Positions 11,471-20,000 of a DNA stretch of 20,000 nucleotides are shown here, in pieces (the first letter of the stretch is position 1; each line of letters opens with the position of its first letter). A program made the translations under genes and the position numbers. Location of the stretch: assembly GCF_004010195.1 (NCBI RefSeq), contig NC_057719.1:26984168-27004167 (forward strand), given 5' to 3'. Under the pieces are notes generated by a model. The model saw only the letters and a program-made list of their open reading frames with translations, ran no database searches and was not told the DNA's origin. The stretch comes from Chiloscyllium plagiosum (taxonomy: Eukaryota).

Positions 11471-11481
11471 TTTTAATTTTT

Positions 11482-12085
11482 ACTTTAATTTAGTTAAGAG
11501 CCAAGTCAATTACAATTATAGACTGGGCCAATATAAAACTACTGTAAACAGACAGTAGTTCTACAGATGCCACATTATCCTGGTAGAGAGCTATGAAATT
11601 AGTAAGCTCCAATGATCAAGCTATCTTAAAAGGAACAAGATTGCCATTGCAAAGAACAATCAGGAAAAATAAACCAGTTAGGAATTGGTCACAAGCTGTT
11701 CAGCCAATTTGAGATTGATTATGTACTGTCCATGCATTCATAAGCCAATTAGAATTCAAGATGTCTCAGAACATGCACAGTGGGTATTGGCTAGCAAGTG
11801 TTAATAAATGATGACTCAGTGATTTAGCACAGTGAGATGACTGAAAAATAAACATACTCGACAAAAAAGAATAAGGCAAATGTGCTAAGTTAACCAGACG
11901 CATGAGCTGGTGTCCTAAAGTAATTTGAAAACCACATATTAAGTATAATTTCTGCATAAACTTAATAAAATGTATAAAACTTGTGAAAACATCAGTAACT
12001 GGAATATATCTACCAATCTGGATTTAGTAGAACTTAGTAGAACTTAGTCTATAATTGTAATTGACTTAGGTCTTACAATTAAAGT
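11482..12085. mobile_element. Unclassified ~600-bp element bounded by inverted repeats
   Basis: Perfect 22-bp inverted repeat aagtcaattacaattatagact (11503-11524) / agtctataattgtaattgactt (12046-12067), extending imperfectly outward to actttaatt (11482) / aattaaagt (12085). Confidence 0.6.
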
Positions 12086-12688
12086 TACAGTGAAACCTAA
12101 AATATGAAAGTAACTCCACATAAATGAAAACCACATTGTTTATGAAAGGTTCAAATTGCTACTTCCTGGAATGGATTATAATGAAAATCACTGACTGCAC
12201 ATTCATCAAGAATCCCACTAACTTCATCGAGATTCCAGTCACGTCCAATGCCTGAAGCATGATAATTGAAGAAGAATATATGACTGACTATAAACCGTGG
12301 AATAAAATGGAGTGTAAGATTAACAGTGTGAGCAGTGTGTTAGTGGATTTAGATTCAGTCTTCATTGGTCATACCCTATTTTAGTTCCCAGAACTAGCTT
12401 CATGGGTTTCTGAATGATATCTCATATTAATCAGAACTCCTGCATGCTCACAGCAAGACACAATTTTTTGCAGGTTAGATTATGTGGGAACTTGCATCTG
12501 GTCAAATCATGAGATTGTGGTATGAATCATCAAGTATATCAACATCCTAATATTAATCTCAAAACCAATGATACAAAATATCCATAGTGGCAAGCCACTT
12601 TGTTGAATTTAATTCTACATACAACACTGGTACTTCTTTATTTTTATACAGATTTTGTTTTATTAGGCTGATATCATACTACGTAACA

Positions 12689-12945
12689 GGCAGAGAACTT
12701 CAGTGGTTATGCGACTGGACTAAAACGTTTTGAAATTGAATTTGACAAGTCTGGTGCTATGTTAATTGCTGATTTGCTGCAAAAAGCCCAACTAGGTATT
12801 AATGTCCTTTAAAGATGTTCTGGCTGTCTGACCTACATGTGATGCTACTGACAGTACGTGTTTAATTCTTAAAGTCTGCAAAAAAACTGGACAATAAATC
12901 CAGCCATATCAGCACTACTCATCCACATCCCAAAAATGAGTAAAT
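12689..12945 (+). mobile_element. Old tRNA-derived SINE with L2-like tail
   Basis: A-box-like cagtggttatgcgactggacta and internal taatgtccttta / ctgacctacatgtga motifs recalled from a shark SINE. The 3' end ggacaataaat...cacatccc resembles the LINE end at 3328-3385. Confidence 0.55.
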
Positions 12946-14039
12946 CAATGTCAGTAGAACTGAAAGCAAACATTCTTTGTTTTGTATTCCCCAGTTTATC
13001 CAGTTGTGACAAATCTTGAGATCAATGTTAATTTGATTTCCTTTGGTCAATTGTCAGCATACACAACAATTATAGAATGGCAGTATCTTTGGTGTTGATG
13101 CATCCATAAAAGTATCAGAATTAATGGAGAAATTGATCCAGTGCTTGATGTTGAGTACTTGGAAACTTAATTTGACATTAATTGAATCACACTATCAGGA
13201 TCTTATGAAATGTTCAGGGTTGTATTGAATCACAAAACCATGCACTTTTACAGTATAGGAGAAAGCTGATCAAATCTTATCATGCCTATATCAACTCATC
13301 TTCTTTTAATTATTTCATGAGATGTGAGAGTTGCTCATTCTTAGGACTAAATTAGATGAACACATTGGTGTGCATTGTAGCTGAATTACTTCAGGATTAC
13401 ACACTAACCGAAGTAGGAAACCCAATGTATCTGAAAGTCTTCACTTCAGGAATATGCATAATACAAAACAAACTAGAACTGATTACTCTCTGTCGTATAA
13501 AGCCATCAATAATTGCCCATGCACAGGACGTTCTTTATCCAAACCTGCATATTTTATAATCATTCACTTGAAGGGTTCAAAATGAGACATGCTCCATTAT
13601 GGGTGTGCAATCTATCCTGCTGATTTATTTGATGATCTTCACTCAGTCAAGGACACCATACCTCATGGTCTAATTGGACAATACTGTGAATGCAATTCTA
13701 ATAGCAAATAATGATACATCATAGTGACAGGAGCAAATAAATATTTGTACCATAAACAACATTCAAGATTTGGGGTCTGTCAGAGGATCATATTCATGAG
13801 TTGCATTTTCTGTGAAAGAAAATTGAGATACTTTGTGGAATCATTGAATCACCAGCCCACCCAAAGGCCAATGTAGTCATTCCATCTGTGCCCAATCTTC
13901 ACTGCAGCTATCCTCTCAGTCTCATTTCTCAAATATGTTCCCATAGCTCTTGATTACTCTCTGTTTTTGTCTTGAAAAGTAAGTGCAGCTTTTTTTCTCC
14001 TGTTTCAAAGTAACATTACTCAATATCTGTTGATTTCAG

Positions 14040-14469
14040 GGTATCAGCAGCCTGTTCAGCTCCCTGAAGGTTGTGCGCCTTTTAAGACTTGGCCGTGTTG
14101 CCAGGAAGCTGGACCATTATCTCGAATATGGTGCTGCCGTGCTGGTGCTGCTGGTGTGCGTTTTTGGATTAGTGGCTCATTGGCTTGCCTGCATTTGGTA
14201 CAGTATCGGGGATTACGAGGTCATTGATGAAGTCACCAACAGAATAAAAACAGACAGCTGGCTCTATCAACTGGGTCTAAGTATTGGAACACCCTACCAT
14301 TTCAATGCCAGTGGCACCGGACAGTGGGAAGGGGGACCCACAAAAGATTCATTGTACATATCTTCCCTTTATTTTACCATGACCAGCCTTACCACAATAG
14401 GATTTGGCAACATTGCTCCTACCACAGATGGGGAGAAGATATTTTCTGTGGCTATGATGATGGTTGGCT
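14040..14469 (+). CDS. KCNH5: Internal coding exon of voltage-gated K+ channel KCNH5 (EAG2/Kv10.2): S4, S4-S5, S5, turret, pore helix/filter, start of S6
   Basis: Acceptor tttcAG (14038-14039) and donor GTAAGT (14470). The exon is 430 bp (phase 0 in, phase 1 out) and reads [67 protein letters not shown]...[35 protein letters not shown]. The GFG filter marks the EAG family. [28 protein letters not shown] and VAMMMVG match KCNH5 rather than KCNH1 (HYIEY, GLAAHWMAC, TSVGFG, VAIMMIG) as recalled. Confidence 0.95.
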
Positions 14470-14555
14470 GTAAGTACATGCATTTTTTAATTACCAATAT
14501 AAAATGGTTGTCAGTTTTTTTTTAAGATTATGGTATCCATCCTAAGATGTTGCAT

Positions 14556-14615
14556 TGATCCAGATGAAGAGTACATCTCATCTGGATCAGTCGGATCAGA
14601 TCTGGATCAGATCTG
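14556..14615. repeat. 12-bp perfect hairpin followed by GATC-rich short tandem repeat
   Basis: tgatccagatga (14556-14567) / tcatctggatca (14578-14589) with a 10-nt loop, then ggatcagatct x2 (14593-14614). Confidence 0.85.
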
Positions 14616-15520
14616 TTAGTCGGACTTAATTATGCATAATTAGGATTTAACAAGTTGACCACAAAGTTGCTGAATTTGTGAACTGACAACAGTGTGGTGA
14701 GTACAGCAGAGCGTCTGCAATTTGAGTGAACAATGGGGAAAATAATGTCTTACCTTAAAAAATGAATTTAAAGGTTTGAGAAATAACCAAAGGAAAAATT
14801 GAGAAAGAGTATGAGTTAGAAGGGATGAGTTAAATGTCAGATCAGGCACAAAAAGAAAAATTGAGAGGAAAAACGAATGGAAAGGGAAAGAAATAAAAGT
14901 CAATTTTTAAAAATTTAGATTTCCAAAATCTGCCAGAACAATTCACCACTGAAGGAATTAGGTTTTTGATTCATAATTGGTCATTTCCCGGGCAAGAAAG
15001 ATTGATGTGCAATTATTAACAGTTATAACATAGTTACAAGAGTATATATACTGATTATAACTTCATGTAGTAAATTTAGTAGTTAGTTGATTTCCAAAGC
15101 AAAAACTTTTCAATAATCATAAGAAAGTCAAAAGCAATGATGATATTTTTTGTGAAGCCTACTGCCAAGTCATAACTTGGGGACCATTTCCACTTCGCAG
15201 GGTATCTCTTCAATATCATTTGCCTTCTGATTTCCTTACCAATAAATATGTATATCATTCAAATGCCATAGTTTTTCAGTAAATTCTGGATCATTACTAA
15301 AATATAAAATACTCAATGTTATCAAAATATTGTTAAACAATTATCTATTTTACATAATCTTATTTCACGCAGTAATTCTTACAAATATGAGCAATATTGG
15401 TAAAATGTGTTAAAACATTTATAATAAATAGAAACATAATTAAATAATTAGTACTATTGAACATACAAGTGTATACTGACATGGCTGATTTCAGAAGCAC
15501 AGCAAATGAAAATATGTTTG

Positions 15521-15625
15521 GAGTTCTGAAGAAGGGTCACCGGACTCAAACGTTAACTCTGATTTCTCTCCATAGATGCTGCCAGATTTGCTGAGTTTTT
15601 CCAACAATTCCTGTTTGGGTTTTGA
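15521..15625 (+). mobile_element. Single arm of the Penelope-like/hammerhead repeat
   Basis: GAGUU CUGAAGA A GGGUC-accg-GACUC (G)AAAC GUU AACUC followed by gatgctgccagatttgctgagtttttcca. Helix I is a perfect 5-bp match, but catalytic G12 is missing. Confidence 0.82.
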
Positions 15626-16794
15626 TATTTGTTATATGACTGTTACCATTTCTAATTTGAATTGCTAAGCAATAAATGTTTTAAGGTGATTCTAGAACAT
15701 AGAGTTTATATAATTCCATTTCTTTACCGTATACTTTTAAACTTATATTTAGGTACAACATCATCCTGAATAAAATATTTAAAGATGAGAGTGAATTTAA
15801 CTGGGGAAAAACTCACCTCCATAAAACTCATAAAAATTGCATAAAACGGTCCACCTGTCATAAAAAAACTTATTCACTTACAGCATCAAAAACAGATACT
15901 TCTACAACAACCTCTTAAAACTGTCAATCAAGATTTAAATGCAGCCTTCTTGTTGAGATGAGCATTTTTGTGTCTTTTGAAATTTACAAGCGTTCACTAT
16001 AGTCCCATCTATTGAAGCAAAATCTGGAAAATGTCAACAATGCAGACAATTGAAATTGAAACATCAGATGGCTTTTCTAATTTATAAGTGATGATCTCTT
16101 CTGTTTTGTAATATTGCTTATCAATCAGTAGAGTGGGCAAATGTTTAGAGATTTTTTGTAGTCCAACAGAAGGACCATTATTTTTACAAAGCTAAAAAAC
16201 TTTGGAAATTTAATCTCAATTCAGACATGGGGTGAGAATTCCCCAGCATAATGTTTCTATAGTTTTAAATGCATTATGTTACATTCTCTAATAGGAAAAG
16301 TACTGCAATGCATTTCATCCATTAGATAATGGTGGTGAATATGATGGTCAACTTACCTTTTCAGAACAGAACCCTAAGATCAATCACTATTATAAACACA
16401 TCTGTATTCCATTACAGAATATGGTACTGTACTAAATGTGTCAAAATATATAACATGTAACTGTATGAATTTCGCAGACTCCTCAGTAGACCTTCTTCAA
16501 AGGTCACAAATTCTCAAACCTGCCATTTTGTTTAGAGCTTCACCAACTGCACCAGCACATGAAAATAGTGCAGGGAAGGAAATGTAAATTTTGGTGGTTC
16601 TTGCAATGGTGACCCCAACCTCAAAAGATGTGCAGACAGGATTCACACATAATCTACTCTGTCTGCAGAACATCCACACAAGCATAATGCAGCATTGGAA
16701 AGGGACAAAAAATTAAAGTTTCCAATCAACGGTCCTAACTGCTTTACTTTCCTGATCCCATTCCTGTCTCCATTAGGAGAAGAAAAACTGGTAT

Positions 16795-16925
16795 AATATC
16801 TCCTTTGAAGGGTAACAACAATTCAGCACTCCTTCAACACTCTAGGGATGTCTTACTCTCTGCTCTCAATTTGCTGAAATAGAATTTGAACGAGAACTTT
16901 CTGAATGAGAGTATTACTTGTGAGT
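16795..16925 (-). mobile_element. Decayed tRNA-head/Deu-type SINE 5' portion
   Basis: cagcactccttcaacactct...ctcaa...atttgaac...ctttctga resembles the reverse complement of a SacSINE1/DeuSINE-type head as recalled. Confidence 0.45.
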
Positions 16926-17279
16926 ATAAATGATGCCGCAGCTTCTCCTCCACACCCTGCCACTCAGTATCTCCTGAATAGATGGCGTTTAAGGCATTCT
17001 TGAATTTGCAGTGTTAGAATAATATGTGCTTGATAAAATAATATTATATGCGAACTCCTATGTCTGTCTTTACTTATGGTCCAGCTTGTTTATTATGATT
17101 CAAAGATCATGGTTTTTTAAATTCCTGGGGGATTAAATGACTATGGTCAATTCTTATGAAATGCATCAGGAAATAATTATTTTCATGAAATAGTTTGTCT
17201 TCCACTGAATTGTTCATAATAGAACAGTCAATACAGCAATCTGTCAGACACATGTTTGTCTTTTTGAGAATGGTTGAAG

Positions 17280-17385
17280 TACTCCATAAAAACAGTTGCT
17301 ACCCTTCAAAAATTAATTGACTGTAAAATATTTTGGGATGTTGCGGAAAAGTTAAAATGTCCTTCTATTCATGTCAAATTTTTAT
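17280..17385 (+). mobile_element. Decayed SINE/L2 3' tail
   Basis: aacagttgctacccttcaaaa...attgactgtaaaatattttgggatgt resembles the DeuSINE/L2-type tail. Confidence 0.5.
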
Positions 17386-17499
17386 GTATTTTCCAGGGTT
17401 CTTATAGGAAGAAGTAGAAAGAGCAGTGAATTGAAAGGATGTACTAGAGGCACTCATTCTGTGGGGCTCAAGAATTTTGGTGGCCTGATTGGAATTACT

Positions 17500-18036
17500 G
17501 ATCATCTAGAAACAATAATTTGGGACAAAATTAATAATCACATTGACAATTATGGGTTAATTAAGCAAAGCCAACATAGATTTCTTAAGGGAAAATTTGG
17601 TGGAGATGGGGGAATAGAGTGAGTTAATAAGGGCAGTACTGTTGATGTGGTGCATATTAGATTAGATTAGATTAGATTAGATTAGATTAGATTACTTACA
17701 GTGTGGAAACAGGCCCTTCGGCCCAACAAGTCCACACCGACCCGCCGAAGCGCAACCCACCCATTCCCCTACATTTACCCCTTTTACCTAACACTACGGG
17801 CAATTTAGCATGGCCAATTCACCTGACCTGCACATCTTTGGACTGTGGGAGGAAACCGGAGCACCCGGAGGAAACCCACGCAGACACGGGGAGAATGTGC
17901 AAACTCCACACAGCCGGTCGCCTGAGTTGGGAATTGAACCCAGGTCTCTGGCGCTGTAAGGCAGCAGTGCTAACCACTGTGCCACCGTGCCGCCCACCAC
18001 TGTGCCACCGTGCCGCCCATATAGACCTCCAAAAGA
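17500..18036 (+). mobile_element. CR1 RT fragment split by an HE1 SINE
   Basis: LETIIWDKINNHIDNYGLIKQSQHRFLKGK, then NKGSTVDVVH | IDLQK. The VDVVY.DFQKAFD motif rejoins across the SINE. Confidence 0.8.
17658..18018 (-). mobile_element. Full-length, young HE1 (V-SINE) element
   Basis: Minus strand: tRNA-derived head with A box (TGGCACAGTGG) and B box (GGTTCAATTCC, 17930-17940), V-domain (gtgtggagtttgcacattctccccgtgtctgcgtgggtttcctccgg), CR1-derived tail gggccgaagggcctgtttcc and (CTAAT)7. TSD catat at 17653-17657 and 18018-18022. CpGs are retained. Confidence 0.93.
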
Positions 18037-18039
18037 TCC

Positions 18040-18510
18040 TGGAATGACAGGGACATTAGAAACATGGATACAGAATTGTATTTGGGCCACTTAAGACTAT
18101 ATTCAATGGAGTTTAGAAGAAGGCCGGGGGAAAACTCAGGGAAACCGAGAAAATTCTAACAGAAATAGACAAATTAACTGCAGAAAGGGTGTTCCCAATG
18201 ACCAGAAGTCCGTAACCAGGGGTTTAAAGATATGGGGTGGGCCATTTAGGACTGAGATGAGGAGAAATTTCTAAACCCAGAGATTGGTGAATCTGTGCAA
18301 TTCTCAGCCAAAAGAAATGGATAAGGCCAAAACATTGAATGTTTTCAAGAAGGAATTAGATATAATTCTTAGGGCTAAAAGGATCAAGGAATATGGCAAA
18401 AAAATTCAGGAATGGAGTACTGAGTTAGATGATCAGCGATAATCATATTGAATGGCAGAGCGAGCTCAAAAGGCCAGATAGCCTACTCTTGCTCTTACTT
18501 GCTCTTGCTT
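18040..18510 (+). mobile_element. CR1 3' end fragment
   Basis: LYSMEFRR remnants, tttaggactgagatgaggagaaatttc, gttttcaagaaggaattagata, and a 3' UTR ending gcctactcttgctc. Confidence 0.8.
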
Positions 18511-18524
18511 AATCTGTTTCTGTG

Positions 18525-19365
18525 CTTGAGTGACAGGAAACAGCTGGTAACACTTAAAACATGTTCTTCAGATTGGAGGAAGCTTTATCAAAGTGTCACC
18601 TCAGTGCCAGCGTGGTGACACCACTGTCCATTCAGTGTTGGGAACCTTGCTTTTCTTGATAAATAGTAATGAAGTAGACCTCGATGTCCAGGGCACAGTT
18701 TCAAAATTTATGGATGATGCACGATTTGGTAGCATTATTAGCTGAGGAAAGTGTAGTGTTTTAAATGTAAATGGACAAGTTGCTGGAATGGACAGACAGG
18801 TGGCAAATAAAGTCAAATACAGTGAAGTCTGATATGAATCATTCTGATAGGGAGAACATTAAACAAAAACAGAAGTTGCTGGAAAAGCTCAGTAGGTCTG
18901 GCAGCATTTGTCTAGAGAAATCAGAGTTAACATTTTGGGTCTGGTGACCCTCGCTTAGAACAGAGAGAGTATTAAACCAGGGTGTAAATATGCAGAAGAC
19001 ATTAAAGGTGGCAGGACAAGTTAAGAGAATGATTTTTAAAAAAACCATATATGTAGTATTCCAATCTTTATTAATAATAAAAGACAAAGTGAGTTATGTT
19101 GAACTTGTATAAGAAACTAGTTTAACCTCAGCTGGAGCATCACAGGCACTTCTGAGCATTGTACTTGATGAAAATGTGACTGCATTAGAGAGAGTATAGG
19201 CAAGATTCATGAGAATCATTGCAAGGCTGAGAGACTTCGTTTATGAAGATAAATTGGAGAAGTTAGCACTGCTTTCCTTACAGGAGAAAAACCTGACAGG
19301 ACATCTGATAGAAATATTCAAAATCACAAGAGTTCTGGTTTGTGTGATTAGGGAGACATTGCTGG
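18525..19365 (+). mobile_element. Decayed CR1 RT fragment, interrupted at 18861-18961
   Basis: LSDRKQ...SVLGTLLFLI...VQGTVSKFMDDARFG (RT catalytic region), followed by YEDKLEKLALLSLQ...GHLIEIFKI. Confidence 0.83.
18861..18961 (-). mobile_element. Single arm of the Penelope-like/hammerhead repeat, core decayed
   Basis: Minus strand reads GUU CUAAGCG A GGGUC-acca-GACCC AAAAU GUU AACUC...atgctgccagacctactgagcttttccagcaacttctg. Helix II is perfect and the core is mutated. Confidence 0.8.
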
Positions 19366-19737
19366 AATCCATTTCCTTTACATCCAGTTATACTGATCTC
19401 TGAAATGGAACTTTCAGGTTACACTGAGTTCCAAGAGGTGTTAGGTGGAAATATTCAACTCTGCCCAACGGTAGGGCAGGGCTAATTGCCAGGTTTTCAA
19501 TATATCTCTCAAATGGTGTTCAAAGGAGACAAGCAGAGACGAAAGGGCACTTAGTCAGAGATTTCACAGATTCTGTGTCTTGGGAACCCAATGAGAAGCC
19601 AAGTTCTGTGTAATCAGGGCTCAGAAGAAATCCTGGAGAGCTGAGAAAGTCAGAAAGTCACTGGCTCTATGTTGGCAGAAACTATGAGTGGCATGGAAGA
19701 AACCTATGAGCATTAATACTTTGCTGCAGTTGAGATA

Positions 19738-20000
19738 GTTGCGGCTGTACAGGACATTGGTTAGGCCACTGTTGGAATATTGCGTGCAATTCTGGTCTCC
19801 TTCCTATCGGAAAGATGTTGTGAAACTTGAAAGGGTTCAGAAAAGATTTACAAGGATGTTGCCAGGATTGGAGGATTTGAGCTATAGGGAGAGGATGAAC
19901 AGGCTGGGGCTGTTTTCCCTGGAGCGTCGGAGGCTGAGGGGTGACCTTATAGAAGTTTACAAAATTATGAGGGGCATGGATAGGATAAATAGACAAAGTC
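19738..20000 (+). mobile_element. Young 5'-truncated CR1/HER1 LINE, continuing past the window end
   Basis: Open frame from 19739: LRLYRTLVRPLLEYCVQFWSPSYRKDVVKLERVQKRFTRMLPGLEDLSYRERMNRLGLFSLERRRLRGDLIEVYKIMRGMDRINRQS. Confidence 0.93.

Noticed and set aside
14030..14227. Overlapping alternative-frame ORF
   Set aside because: Shadow of the real exon, with no recognisable protein.
14073..14525. 150-aa ORF as a complete standalone gene
   Set aside because: Channel homology starts upstream at the splice acceptor (14040) and stops at the GT donor (14470). The tail CKYMHFL... is intron read-through.
17656..17694. (ATTAG)7 as a telomere-like or CRISPR-like repeat
   Set aside because: It is the SINE's 3' microsatellite tail, has no spacers, and the context is eukaryotic.
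17925..18018. tRNA gene
   Set aside because: The A/B boxes belong to the SINE head and run directly into the V-domain.
17703..18090. 114-aa and 98-aa ORFs
   Set aside because: Chance translations of both strands of the GC-rich HE1 SINE.
18593..18621. 8-bp inverted repeat gtgtcacc/ggtgacac inside CR1
   Set aside because: Too short to distinguish from chance or a small repair insertion.

Overview
AT-rich vertebrate genomic DNA, almost certainly from a cartilaginous fish (shark): it carries HE1/V-SINEs and HER1/CR1-type LINE remnants. The window appears to be intronic sequence of a + strand ether-a-go-go potassium channel gene. One internal 430-bp coding exon (14040-14469; S4 voltage sensor, S5, turret, pore with TIGFG filter, start of S6) best matches KCNH5 (EAG2/Kv10.2). 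The rest is a layered transposon graveyard: about ten CR1 fragments, L2-like tails, several SINE families and a ~600-bp element bounded by inverted repeats. The most interesting signal is a short non-coding repeat family with 4 insertions and 6 arms. Each arm carries a minimal type I hammerhead-ribozyme motif of the kind found in Penelope-like retroelements. Two insertions are back-to-back palindromes with target-site duplications. The best-preserved insertion has a compensatory U3-A8 catalytic core, and its two opposed ribozyme motifs share one self-complementary helix-I strand. All family assignments come from motif recognition and memory, not from database searches.
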